49,614 bases of DNA. It comes from a virus. Taxonomy: Duplodnaviria; Caudoviricetes. Location of the stretch: IMG/VR virus record IMGVR_UViG_3300050156_000142, positions 1 to 49,614 of that record. One strand, given 5' to 3'. The notes beneath the pieces are model-generated. The model ran no database searches. It was not told the DNA's origin and worked only from the letters and a program-made list of their open reading frames with translations. Position numbers and translations under genes: made by a program. The stretch's first letter is position 1. Each line of letters starts with the position of its first letter. Positions 8,845 through 18,913 of the stretch are shown one piece after another.

Positions 8845-11739
8845 ATGAACCCCTACGGCGTATCCGGTAACATCTTCCAGTCTTCTACTGATCAGTCAGC
8901 AAACAGCTTCTCTGACCCGTTGAACATGGCCCACTTATATCCTGGTTGGGGTACAAACCCTAATTACCAAACTCCAGCCTATGATGCCCCTTATAGACCT
9001 GCATACCAAGGTCCTAACCCCTATGCGGCCTATCATAAGCCTTCCTTCATGGGGGGGCTTAGCCAGCTCATAAACCCTTTCTACACCGACCCCTACTGGG
9101 GAAACCCGGTTGATAACAACCAAGGGGCTTTTGCTTCTGTTGCACAGAAACCTTTTGACGCAGCAGCTACGGTAGGACAACGTTTTATAGCCCCTGCGTT
9201 GACTATGGGGGTAGCTATGAAGCTTTTAAAGGGCGCTGGAGGCGCTTTTGGAGGTGGAGTGGGGGCAGGTATTGCCAGTGGGTTAGGGATGGGTGGAATG
9301 GCCGCTGGAGCCATGACAGGGCTAGGGTCTATGATTGGAGCCTTTGGTATACCTCTGGCAGCAGGGATGGCAGCAGCTAATGTGGCGGATGCTGCAGTAT
9401 TCCAGCCTTACATTCGAACCCGTCAAATGACAAACACCCTTCAGGACTCCTTCCATGGAGTTTCATTTGGGGATGCCAGTGGGAATGTCGTTACTGGAAA
9501 GGGGCTTTCTGGGAAGGAAGCCTCGAAGATTGCGTCTTCTATTGACAGCATCGGTATGAGAGATATGACTTTCTCTGCTAACCAAATCCATGGTATAGCA
9601 GGGATGGGGATGAATGCAGGCCTCTTTGATGATGTGAATTCGAAGGGGATTGCTGACCGGGTTAAGTCAATTGCAAACCAGGTAAAAATGATCGTTTCGA
9701 TCTCTAAGGATCCAAACGTTCAAAGTGCTATCGAAGAAATAGCAAAGCTCCGCATGGGGGGTGCTTCGATCAGTGGAGGGGCGGGATCCCAGGCAATGGG
9801 GGCGTACTCTGCAATGGGTATGCATGCCAGCGCAGCTGGGACTACGGTTCAACGCCTTATGCAAACAGTAGGAGGTCAAGGCCAGTACATGTTCCAAATG
9901 AATGGTATGACGCCTTACCTCGGCCAGATGGCAGCAGCATCGGCATTCTCTGGATTTGCCGCAGCACAACGCACCGGATTGATGACGACCGGGCAGTTGG
10001 CTAGGATGGGGGGGGTAGAAGGTGCAACCCAATCTGCATTGGCCTCACAGATCACGGCCTCCTCTACTATGTTTAACAGAATGGGGCTGGTCAATCGCTA
10101 CCTGGGCGGAGGAGAAACTCCTGGGGTGGTAAATACGGTTACTCGTTTTGGACAACTGGCAGGGGGGGATACTATGAAGATGATGGGGGCCATGAGCTTG
10201 TATGGCAACCAGATGGCGTCTAAACAAATGGGAGAAGACGGCTCTAGTGGTCCGGAAACTCAGGCAGTACAGTATTTGCAAAGTATTGGGCGCCAGCCTG
10301 GCCCTAATGGTAAGTATTCTCCTAGTGAAATTGCTACCGTATTGAAGAACGTCATGGGTATGCCGGAAGAGCAGATCCAAGCTTACTCTTCGTTAAGAGC
10401 TTCTCAAGTAGACCCTGGAACAGTAGCTCAACAAATGAAAGGCTTCGGTGCTCAAGGGACCGAGCAGCTAATGCAAGCCATCAGTCAAAGAAACCTACAA
10501 AACACAACTCTGGTTCGAACCTGGAGAGGTATTAAGAGTGGCCTAAAGTCTGCAGGAGATGCTACCGGAGAGGTCTTTGGCCGCCCGGTTGCAAGAATGG
10601 CAGGTTCTGCTACAGACGCCCTAGAGTCCGGAGTCACCGGGTTTTTTTGGGGTAATACCTTAGAGAAGAACAAAGTTCCTATCGGGGGGGAATTCTCGGA
10701 TACTCCTCAGAAAACAATTAGTTTTGAGCGTGTTAAGAAGAACCTTTCGGATAAGGACGTCAACTACAAAGCTCGCAATAGGTTAGTGCGCAAACTTCGA
10801 GACGCCGCCTCTGCTGGAGGGGCGGAAGGGGATATTGCCAGAGAATTGCTTGCCAAGGGGATGGATCATCCAGACTCAAAGTCTTTGTTTTCCAAGTTCT
10901 TAGCCTTACAAACAGATCCTTCGCTGAAGGAGGCTTATGCCAGCCTGGATAAATCAGGGGCGTTCTTCGATCAAGCAAAGTCCGACCTTCAAGGTGCAGT
11001 GGTAGATGCAGCTAAAGGGGACTCCCCCTTGAACATCGAGACTGGGGAGCTTCAGAAGATGACCAATAACAAGACAGGGATGTTGACTGATAATCTCCTG
11101 GTTATGGGTCAAGCACAAAGGCTTTACGCAGAGTTTGGTAAGGATGGGGCAAAGGCTGGCCTGATGATTCAGGATATGCTCAAAGATCCTAAGAATGCTG
11201 CACTGGCTAAGGCTGTTAGTGGTATGTCTACTGAAGGCCAAATCAGCTATATTACCGAGCTGACCAAGAGTGGCCTGTCAGGGGGATATCGGGGAGCTGC
11301 CAGAATTGCAGACCAAATCGGAATGTCTATTGAGGATGTCATGAAGAATCCTCAAAAATTCTCCAAGGATCCTTCAGTTCTAAAGGCCCTTCGTGCGGCT
11401 GGGAACGATAAGTCTGCTGTTCAGAAAATCATTGGGCAAGAGATCAGTCGTAGGAACGGAGGAGCTATTCAAGGCCAAAAGGTTAATACCGGAGGAAGCC
11501 TTGATAGATCAGATATTGAAGCCCTGTCTGCACCTATCGATGCCCAAGCAGATGCCGTGTCGTCAGCCGCCAAATCTTCTAGTAGTCAAGTGGACTGGAA
11601 GCAGTATAGTGATGTCACTAAGGCATTTGATGGCTCTGTTAAAGACTTTGCAGAGGCCGTGGATATCTTCAAGAAAGTAATTGCTGGCGGCTCTGGAAAG
11701 TCTTCCCCTGGTTTCTTTCAGAATGCCTGGGGACGCTAA
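8845..11739 (+). CDS. Tape-measure-like or ejected structural protein
   Basis: 964 aa rich in Gly/Ala/Met/Gln, helical, hydrophobic Gly-rich segment; follows frameshifted chaperone. Confidence 0.55.
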   Translation: MNPYGVSGNIFQSSTDQSANSFSDPLNMAHLYPGWGTNPNYQTPAYDAPYRPAYQGPNPYAAYHKPSFMGGLSQLINPFYTDPYWGNPVDNNQGAFASVAQKPFDAAATVGQRFIAPALTMGVAMKLLKGAGGAFGGGVGAGIASGLGMGGMAAGAMTGLGSMIGAFGIPLAAGMAAANVADAAVFQPYIRTRQMTNTLQDSFHGVSFGDASGNVVTGKGLSGKEASKIASSIDSIGMRDMTFSANQIHGIAGMGMNAGLFDDVNSKGIADRVKSIANQVKMIVSISKDPNVQSAIEEIAKLRMGGASISGGAGSQAMGAYSAMGMHASAAGTTVQRLMQTVGGQGQYMFQMNGMTPYLGQMAAASAFSGFAAAQRTGLMTTGQLARMGGVEGATQSALASQITASSTMFNRMGLVNRYLGGGETPGVVNTVTRFGQLAGGDTMKMMGAMSLYGNQMASKQMGEDGSSGPETQAVQYLQSIGRQPGPNGKYSPSEIATVLKNVMGMPEEQIQAYSSLRASQVDPGTVAQQMKGFGAQGTEQLMQAISQRNLQNTTLVRTWRGIKSGLKSAGDATGEVFGRPVARMAGSATDALESGVTGFFWGNTLEKNKVPIGGEFSDTPQKTISFERVKKNLSDKDVNYKARNRLVRKLRDAASAGGAEGDIARELLAKGMDHPDSKSLFSKFLALQTDPSLKEAYASLDKSGAFFDQAKSDLQGAVVDAAKGDSPLNIETGELQKMTNNKTGMLTDNLLVMGQAQRLYAEFGKDGAKAGLMIQDMLKDPKNAALAKAVSGMSTEGQISYITELTKSGLSGGYRGAARIADQIGMSIEDVMKNPQKFSKDPSVLKALRAAGNDKSAVQKIIGQEISRRNGGAIQGQKVNTGGSLDRSDIEALSAPIDAQADAVSSAAKSSSSQVDWKQYSDVTKAFDGSVKDFAEAVDIFKKVIAGGSGKSSPGFFQNAWGR

Positions 11740-11767
11740 GCCAGAAACCCTTAAGCTATAGACAGTC

Positions 11768-12004
11768 ATGGCCATCACCAAGCAACAACCTAGAAACTCT
11801 GTCAGCCAGTCAATGGTTCCATTGACCCCGTTGAACCTCTACCTTGCCAGAGTAAAATCTGTCACGGAGAGAATCCGAGCTACCTCTGCCGGGTACAATT
11901 ATTCCCCCCTGCAGTTTGGAGGCATTCCTGGTCAACAACAATCCTTACTGGCTAACAGTGTTGTGAAGCTAATCGATTTCAAAGTCTCCGGAGATGAAGA
12001 GTAA
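11768..12004 (+). CDS. Hypothetical structural-module protein
   Basis: Fills gap, stop 2 nt before next ATG. Confidence 0.6.
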   Translation: MAITKQQPRNSVSQSMVPLTPLNLYLARVKSVTERIRATSAGYNYSPLQFGGIPGQQQSLLANSVVKLIDFKVSGDEE

Positions 12005-12006
12005 CT

Positions 12007-13599
12007 ATGTCCAACTCCTTACTAAACGCCGCCAATAATCCTTCTGCTGCCTCGTTCTCAGCAGCCACAGATACGATCTCCAATCTTGCTAGAACTACGG
12101 GATCCTCCCCGTTAGGCATGGCTAATAAGGGGGCTCTAAATGCAGACGGGACTATTACTCAATCTGAGAGATTGTTCACAGCCCGTGCTCGATACGGTAA
12201 GACCAGTCTCTTAACCGGGGCAACCTCTGACCTAGCTGGTAACCGAGGTCAGCATGCCTACATTAAGCTTTTAACAAGCCAGGCTCAATACAAAGAGTAC
12301 TTATCCGGAACTACTTCTAGAGACCTTACCTACAAGAATTTGATTGGGCCAGGATCCACTGTGGCAGAAATGGCAGACCTTTCCAACCGCCCTACGGCTG
12401 GATATGATAAGTTTCTGCTCACCAACGTTTCCTGCCAGATGACTGAAAAGGTTCAGATCACAGAGGTCTTTGGTGATAGCGAAGTAATCTACTACTTTGG
12501 CAGACAACCCCTGATTTTTAGCTTCTCAGGTATCCTAATTGATAGCCCAGATAACAATTGGTTTGTTGAATGGGTGCAGATGTTCAGCGAGATTATGAGA
12601 GGCAGTCAGCTAGCCAGAAACTATGAAATGCTGCGGATTGTCCTACCTAACATGGCAATCACTGGGACGATGTCTGCCTTTTCTTGGAATCAAGACGCTT
12701 CCAGAGACACTGACATCCAGTTTAGCTTTCAATTCATTGCCAAGGTCGTAGAGCCTATCGCTGCAACCAATACTGGCATGGTTACCAGTAACCAGCTAGG
12801 ATTTGTAGACTTTAGTAAGGTTGCTAACTTCATGGGCCAATCGGCGATCAACAGCCTCAAGGGTCAAATGGCCTCCCTGACCTCTACTATCCAAAATCCT
12901 ACTGCTTCCCTGAGGAGCAAGGGGGCTGCTTTAGGACAACTAGGTTCTGGAGTAGGGGGTGCTTTTGGATCTATGCTTTCCAGTGGAAAAGACACTTTGT
13001 TAGGTGCTAAAAGCGCCATTGATGGGTGGACGAAATCAGAGAATAGTTACTTCGACTCTATTCGATCTTCTGCGCTGTTTCAAACAGTCACCTCCTCCCT
13101 AACTGGGATTCGGACTAGCCTATTCTCCCCTATTTACGGGATACTTTCCAGTCTTTCAAAATTAGTCTCGAATACCTTTAACTCTGCCAAAAGCATTTTC
13201 AGTGCTATAATCTCTCCTATTCGAAATATCCTACGAGATATCACCAATATCAGTAAGCAGGCAATTGCCCTGGTAAATCTGGTCAATAGCTCGATTAAGG
13301 GATTTGGTAGATATGTCACCGGGGAGCTACGAGGATTAAGCAATGATTACAAGACTGCAATTAAAACTATGGGTAAGGCTGCAGGCACTATTGCCACGGC
13401 CCCTGTTACCGTTAGTCACAGTATTGCAACTATGTTTTCAACCTCTAGTCTGTCTTATAATGCGCCTTTCTTGAAAGTAACTCCGAAGTTAACGTCAACC
13501 AGACCTAGCTTAACAGTAGGGAAATCCACGGCAACTACGAAGATTGCACTACTCTCTGGCATGACAAAGTACAATCCTAAAACCTCTAATTCCCTGTGA
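12007..13599 (+). CDS. Putative tail/baseplate structural protein
   Basis: Central beta-rich domain (YYFGRQPLIFSFSGIL...IQFSFQF) reminiscent of tail-tube-initiator folds; Ser/Thr-rich helical C-terminus; context. Confidence 0.45.
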   Translation: MSNSLLNAANNPSAASFSAATDTISNLARTTGSSPLGMANKGALNADGTITQSERLFTARARYGKTSLLTGATSDLAGNRGQHAYIKLLTSQAQYKEYLSGTTSRDLTYKNLIGPGSTVAEMADLSNRPTAGYDKFLLTNVSCQMTEKVQITEVFGDSEVIYYFGRQPLIFSFSGILIDSPDNNWFVEWVQMFSEIMRGSQLARNYEMLRIVLPNMAITGTMSAFSWNQDASRDTDIQFSFQFIAKVVEPIAATNTGMVTSNQLGFVDFSKVANFMGQSAINSLKGQMASLTSTIQNPTASLRSKGAALGQLGSGVGGAFGSMLSSGKDTLLGAKSAIDGWTKSENSYFDSIRSSALFQTVTSSLTGIRTSLFSPIYGILSSLSKLVSNTFNSAKSIFSAIISPIRNILRDITNISKQAIALVNLVNSSIKGFGRYVTGELRGLSNDYKTAIKTMGKAAGTIATAPVTVSHSIATMFSTSSLSYNAPFLKVTPKLTSTRPSLTVGKSTATTKIALLSGMTKYNPKTSNSL

Positions 13600-13610
13600 T
13601 AGGCTTCTAA

Positions 13611-14459
13611 GTGTCTAGAAACTTTACCAATACTCTACTTTTTGATTCAGCTTTGGACGCTATTCCAAGTTCCCAGTCATTGCTTTGGAATACTCTGAAT
13701 CAGATCGTTCACCCTACTATTGAAGTGGGGGAGGATGCTTGCAATACTTTACTAGGGGAGACGATTGCTGTCGATTATGATGCTCAGGGGCGAATTGAGT
13801 TATCGACAGGGCTGCCTATCAATAAGGCAAGGATTATAGCCCTGCTCGGGCAAGGTATCTACTCAGTCTCAGTACGCTCTACTGCCACCTGCATTTCTCA
13901 AGGCGGAGTCTGTAGGGCTTGTATAGCTTCGTCGTACCCGGAAGCAGTACTTCCCGCTATCGGCAGCTATTTCCAGCTAAAGTCCAGATTGGAGGTAGAT
14001 GTTTTTGCGTATTCCTTACCTGCTTCTTCAGTAATAGTCTCATTACCTCATAGTACAGGGGTATACGACACTTTGGTAGTATTTCAAAACGGATTAGTAG
14101 TTCCTAGCTCCACTTACTCTATTTCAGAATCTACCCTAACCTTCGGTAGTCCCTCCGCCTCGATAAGAGATCTTACCTTTAAGTTCTACGTTAACTCTGC
14201 CGTTACTTTTTACTACTGGCTAGCAGAGACTTATGCAGGCTCTCTGCTAGGCATTAAACCTATAGGCAGAGGGTTACTGGTTATCCGGAAAGAGTTGCTT
14301 CTAGAGGTTATTCCAGAAGCGGACATTGATGCCCTAGTAGACTTGTTATCCAAATCTGAAATAGTCCCGGAGGATTCCCGTAACTACTTAGTAGGGATCA
14401 TGGACCCTTTGGAGAAAGCTATCTTTGCACTGGTACTTTCTGCAATCTTCCTAATTTAG
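13611..14459 (+). CDS. Fusion of RNAP beta'-like zinc-binding subdomain and phage adaptor-like domain
   Basis: EDAC44...GR...SVSVRSTATC94-x6-C101-x2-C104 mirrors RpoC EDDC...VKVRSVVSC..GVCAHC; C-terminal VFQNG...Y......LTF. Confidence 0.6.
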   Translation: MSRNFTNTLLFDSALDAIPSSQSLLWNTLNQIVHPTIEVGEDACNTLLGETIAVDYDAQGRIELSTGLPINKARIIALLGQGIYSVSVRSTATCISQGGVCRACIASSYPEAVLPAIGSYFQLKSRLEVDVFAYSLPASSVIVSLPHSTGVYDTLVVFQNGLVVPSSTYSISESTLTFGSPSASIRDLTFKFYVNSAVTFYYWLAETYAGSLLGIKPIGRGLLVIRKELLLEVIPEADIDALVDLLSKSEIVPEDSRNYLVGIMDPLEKAIFALVLSAIFLI

Positions 14460-14484
14460 AAGCTGTACACATAGGATTCCGGCA

Positions 14485-14493
14485 TGCTATAAT
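14485..14493 (+). promoter_or_regulatory. Extended -10 promoter TGcTATAAT, leaderless
   Basis: TATAAT 14488-14493, ATG at 14500. Confidence 0.65.
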
Positions 14494-14499
14494 CTCTTC

Positions 14500-17016
14500 A
14501 TGGCCGCTGGAATCTCTCAATTCACCTCAAGTCCTACTTTTTCAGGAGCAACTTCAGCAGAGGTTAGCGCAGCTAAGAACAACACTGATGTTATAGCTCC
14601 AGTGTTTAAGCTGTACATCGAAGGGGTCCAAGTCCCCTTTGAATCTATTAGCATTTCCCAGGTTTACCAGCAGCTCCCTACTGCAGATATACAGATCCCA
14701 CCGGCAAGCGGGCTGATGGATATCATTCGGGGATATGAGCCTAAGGTCCACATCTTCTTTGAGGACGTTAATTACGGAGGAGATCGCCTTCTTTTCTGGG
14801 GGACAATAAAGGCTACTTCCTATTCTAGAAGCCGGTCTGCTGGAAGCGCAGCGATCAACTTTCATTGTGAACACAAGAACTCCCTGCTTAACCTGATAAC
14901 GCTGGATTACACCGGGTGGGCTTCCCCTACGAACTCTAGTTTGACAGACGCCAATGCAAACCAAGCCGCCACTAAGTTAGGGTCTTTGAATTCCAGCCAG
15001 ATGGTAATTGAAGCATTGAAGGGTATCAATGGAGTAGCATCTGAGTCAGAGCGTTTAGTAGAAGGGAAGGCTGGCGTAGGATCCAATCCTACTGATAAGT
15101 TAGACCCTTCCCTGGCAAAGTTCGAAGCAAGACTCCAAGGTGTCCCTGGCGTTGCAATAAACCTTTGGAATCAGATTAAGAGAAGCTGCTTGTCTGACCC
15201 GGTTAAGAACTTGGTCATGACTAAGATGTACATCCCTCTACTAGAAGAGGCCTTGTCGTTCTTTAAGAGGACCAGCGGTCACCCTCAAGTGGAAGCTCCT
15301 CTTCAGATTTCTAAGAAGTCAATGTGTCACGGGAATGACCCGGACGAGGCTAAAGTCCTAGTCCCTCCTTGCTTTAGAACTTCTCTGTCCTCGGCTGTTC
15401 AGCAAGAGACGGCGGTTAGAGCCTTGTCAAATATGATCGGCTTCTCTGGGGAATTTACCAGTCTAGGAGAACTTTTAGCTTATCTCTATCAAACGGTAGA
15501 GTATGATGTCATTACTCTAGCATCCCCATCTGAGATCGGAGTAGATCCTGCAAAGTATATTGCAGAAGTAAATACTGAGGGGGTAGACAAAGTATCAATA
15601 GAGACTATCATTAAACCGAGAATGCCTCTATATTACAGCCCCACCTGTAACGTCCTTCTCCCGAGAATGTACCATTCGGTTAATCTAGGTCAGGATGAAG
15701 GGTCCCTACCGACAAGACTGGCAGCTACCCATGACAGTATCCCCGGGCAGTCTGGAGGAGAATCTCTAAGTGTAAACTTTAGGTCACCGGCTTCTGTAAG
15801 AGAAGCTGTAGCCTATAACGCTTTAGTAGAGGGCGCAGGAAGCATTCCGGATCTGAACCTTGGGTCTACTAAGGGGTACTCCTATTCCATTCCTGGAACT
15901 TACGAACAAGGGACGGGTATTAGGCCTGGCAAGATCGCACTGCCTTGGTGGCTGTCTATCATGGCTTCTGATAAGAGTGCGTCCGGAGGAGATCTTAACC
16001 AGGAAGAGTTTCCAGAAAAAGGAACGACGGATTATAACAATGCCATGGCATTGACTTTGGAATGGATAAACCGTTACTGTAAAGACATTAAACAAGATGA
16101 TGGAGATCTGCAACAAGTTATCAACCTCTCCAAGAAGAATCTAAACCCATACGACCCTTTAAATAAGTCTGCCCTACCTTTCGAAAGACTAATGTACGCA
16201 ACTGCAGATTATCAGTACACTAACAAGATTATGGGTGCCAGATCAGGATCTGTGGAGGCAGTGTTCAATCCTTACATTATCCCGGGGTATCCTATGGAAG
16301 TGATTGAAGAGAATCCAAATCATCCAAGCCTCCATGCCTTCTGTACCTCAGTTACTCACTCCATTACCAGTCGAAGTGTTTCTACTAGTATAGGTATGGC
16401 GGCGGTATCTACGTATGCAGAGCTATCTAACTACTATCAGCCCCCGATTCCTCCGTATCTACAGTCAGTATTGAAAATGATCAATGCGGAGATTGACGAG
16501 GAGAAATATCTAGCTTCTCAGCAGGGAGATACTTCTCCGTTCACGATAACCTCATCTGTGCTTATTCAGAACCCAACTGCAAAGTTTACAGCGGATAAAT
16601 TCTACCGAGAAGTGCTTGGGGTTGGTGCCGTCGCGCCTGATGACCTTATTCACTTTTCATCTGGAAGAGCTTACCCCGTGGATAGAAAGGCGGGTATTCT
16701 TGTCCCTAGGATTTTGGCTAAAACCCAATCCACTCCGGATATCCATGCTCATCCTCATCGGACTCGTGAACTGGATGACTACTACAGTACTGTGGGTAAT
16801 CTAAGAATGATCTCTCGGCCTATCGAGAGTAAAGACTCTATTTCTGAAAAGTTCAAATACAACTTCATTGACCTGTCAAAAGAGATGTACAATACTGCGT
16901 ATATTAACTATGTCAACCCGGCATTGACATCAAATATGTTCTTAGAGCCAGGAGCTAGTATGTTCCTAGACTACCAATTGACAGAAGACTTCATTAACTA
17001 CTACAAGGGCCGATAA
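14500..17016 (+). CDS. Putative baseplate hub protein (gp27/gpD-like)
   Basis: N-terminal KLYIEGVQVPFESISIS and C-terminal FNPYIIPGYP...SVTHSI barrel motifs; context. Confidence 0.55.
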   Translation: MAAGISQFTSSPTFSGATSAEVSAAKNNTDVIAPVFKLYIEGVQVPFESISISQVYQQLPTADIQIPPASGLMDIIRGYEPKVHIFFEDVNYGGDRLLFWGTIKATSYSRSRSAGSAAINFHCEHKNSLLNLITLDYTGWASPTNSSLTDANANQAATKLGSLNSSQMVIEALKGINGVASESERLVEGKAGVGSNPTDKLDPSLAKFEARLQGVPGVAINLWNQIKRSCLSDPVKNLVMTKMYIPLLEEALSFFKRTSGHPQVEAPLQISKKSMCHGNDPDEAKVLVPPCFRTSLSSAVQQETAVRALSNMIGFSGEFTSLGELLAYLYQTVEYDVITLASPSEIGVDPAKYIAEVNTEGVDKVSIETIIKPRMPLYYSPTCNVLLPRMYHSVNLGQDEGSLPTRLAATHDSIPGQSGGESLSVNFRSPASVREAVAYNALVEGAGSIPDLNLGSTKGYSYSIPGTYEQGTGIRPGKIALPWWLSIMASDKSASGGDLNQEEFPEKGTTDYNNAMALTLEWINRYCKDIKQDDGDLQQVINLSKKNLNPYDPLNKSALPFERLMYATADYQYTNKIMGARSGSVEAVFNPYIIPGYPMEVIEENPNHPSLHAFCTSVTHSITSRSVSTSIGMAAVSTYAELSNYYQPPIPPYLQSVLKMINAEIDEEKYLASQQGDTSPFTITSSVLIQNPTAKFTADKFYREVLGVGAVAPDDLIHFSSGRAYPVDRKAGILVPRILAKTQSTPDIHAHPHRTRELDDYYSTVGNLRMISRPIESKDSISEKFKYNFIDLSKEMYNTAYINYVNPALTSNMFLEPGASMFLDYQLTEDFINYYKGR

Positions 17017-17234
17017 TGCCAGCTGAAACTTCTGCAGTTACGACAGAGACTGCTTATGCAGGGGTCCCTGCAGTCCAATCTGTCCCGACAAACATTGCTC
17101 ATCCAGGCGTTATGAGCGACACCTGTGTTGCAGGAGAATGCTTTGTTAATCAACGCTTCAGTTATAAGCTTCAAGCCTATCTCGTAGGCTATGTCAACTC
17201 TGTTTCAGGAACCCGAGCAATTCCCTATGCATAA
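17016..17234 (+). CDS. Hypothetical protein
   Basis: TAATG coupling with upstream gene; stop overlaps sigma start region. Confidence 0.55.
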   Translation: MPAETSAVTTETAYAGVPAVQSVPTNIAHPGVMSDTCVAGECFVNQRFSYKLQAYLVGYVNSVSGTRAIPYA

Positions 17235-17988
17235 TACTACACTACCCTTAGACCCTGTTGAGCCAGACGACCTGAGTCCAAGCCCTGTTAAGAAAGAGTT
17301 TGTTGATCACCGTGCAAAAGATCACGAGCTTTATCAGCAATGGGCTAAGACCAAGTCCAAGTCTGATATGGGGAAGCTGGTACAGCACCTAAGCCCTTTG
17401 ATCTATAAGGAGGTGTCTCGGGCATCAGGAAGCCTTCCCACCTCCGCGTTAAACGCCGAGGCTAAGGTCTGGACTGCTAAAGCTATTCAAACCTATGAAC
17501 CGGATAGAGGAGTGGCATTGGCTACTCATGTCATGAACTACCTACCTAAGGTACGACGGATGAACTACAAGTACCAGAATGCCGTCCGGCTTCCTGAGAA
17601 TATGCAGCTTCAGTTCCACGAGTACAACAAGCATCTAACTCAGCTTACGGATGAGCTGAACCGAGATCCGACCGAAGAGGAGATGGCTCAAAGGCTTGGA
17701 TGGAGCAAGGGAACTGTTGTCCGATTTAAGAATAGCCTATACGCAGATTTGACTGAGGATGGGGATGGGAAAGATTCAGAGATGAGTTCTTTCACGGACA
17801 AGAGTATCCTGATGAATCATTTACTAGCTCAATTAACCCCTCAGGAATCTTTCCTGTTTCATAATAAGGATAAGATGACGGCCGTTCAGCTTGCAGCTCA
17901 ATTAGGGGTTAATACCAATCGCCTGAACTATTTGCAGAAAAAGCTACTAGAGAAGGTTAAGAAGTTGAAAGAAGAGCTGGAACTATAA
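17227..17988 (+). CDS. Phage sigma70-family sigma factor (group 3-like)
   Basis: Region 2 LVQHLSPLI...KAIQTYEPDRGVALATH, VRLP, region 3 ELNRDPTEEEMAQRLGWS, region 4-like HTH; start 17227 or 17191. Confidence 0.85.
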   Translation: MHNTTLPLDPVEPDDLSPSPVKKEFVDHRAKDHELYQQWAKTKSKSDMGKLVQHLSPLIYKEVSRASGSLPTSALNAEAKVWTAKAIQTYEPDRGVALATHVMNYLPKVRRMNYKYQNAVRLPENMQLQFHEYNKHLTQLTDELNRDPTEEEMAQRLGWSKGTVVRFKNSLYADLTEDGDGKDSEMSSFTDKSILMNHLLAQLTPQESFLFHNKDKMTAVQLAAQLGVNTNRLNYLQKKLLEKVKKLKEELEL

Positions 17989-18362
17989 TGTCGGAATTCA
18001 CAGAAATTGAGGCTGGTATTGGAGCCCTGGAGACTTACTTTCAAAGTCTAGGCCAGTACCTAAGTGGGACAGGAAGCTTGCCTGACACCTCTACAATAGA
18101 CACTGATAAGTATGAAGACTTGGTAACTTTCTGTACCTCTCAGGCAGAGAGGGCGGCAGGCTTTCCTATCGGGGCTGCCCAGGAGGTCGTCCACTCTTTG
18201 GCTTCTGTATCCAGGGAAATTGCAATGGCAGACTATTCTAAGGCAGAAATCTTTACCGCAGCAGCAGCAGAGGCGGCAGAAGAGTCTACCTACTACGCAA
18301 ATTTCAAAACCTATTCAATCGGAGTTCTTAAGGGGACTCCTACGAATGGGTCTCAATGTTGA
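17988..18362 (+). CDS. Hypothetical protein
   Basis: TAATG translational coupling. Confidence 0.65.
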   Translation: MSEFTEIEAGIGALETYFQSLGQYLSGTGSLPDTSTIDTDKYEDLVTFCTSQAERAAGFPIGAAQEVVHSLASVSREIAMADYSKAEIFTAAAAEAAEESTYYANFKTYSIGVLKGTPTNGSQC

Positions 18363-18406
18363 AAACTAGTAGCAGCCAGAGACTCCTAAACACTTAAGAT
18401 CTGAAC

Positions 18407-18913
18407 GTGGCTACTTCACTTTCAACTTCTCCCAGAATCGGTACAGCAACAAACCTGGCTGTCGGCGGTACCTACGACTTGCTACTGGTGAAATTCGTAG
18501 GGAACTTCCCGGAAGGTCAAATTACCTTCGGGATGTACGACACTCCTATGAAGATTACCGGGTTACAAAAGGTAGCTCAAGTTTTCCTCAAGACTCTAAT
18601 GACTTCGAAAGGAAGTGACCCGTTCTATCCTCAGAGAGGAACCTTCTTTCCTAACCTAGCGGTCAATGCAAATAAGCAATCTGATGATGCTACCCTGCTA
18701 GCAGATATTCGAGATACAGTCACAGACTGTGTGGATCAAGTACGTAGCGCGCTAAATGTTAATACAGCAGATGCTAGTTCTGCTCTGGACACCGTGGATA
18801 TACTAGGCCTTGACTCTGTCGATGAGGGTGTAGTTCTGTACTTACAAATGAGGACTCTGGCAGGGGACCTGGCATCGGTCGCGGTCCCCTTCCCTGAGTT
18901 TGGGTTTGATTAG
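18407..18913 (+). CDS. Baseplate wedge / sheath-initiator protein (gp25/gpW-like)
   Basis: GLQKVAQVFLKTLMTSKGSDPFYPQRGT resembles the gp25 L.T..G.R...P..G motif. Confidence 0.65.
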   Translation: MATSLSTSPRIGTATNLAVGGTYDLLLVKFVGNFPEGQITFGMYDTPMKITGLQKVAQVFLKTLMTSKGSDPFYPQRGTFFPNLAVNANKQSDDATLLADIRDTVTDCVDQVRSALNVNTADASSALDTVDILGLDSVDEGVVLYLQMRTLAGDLASVAVPFPEFGFD

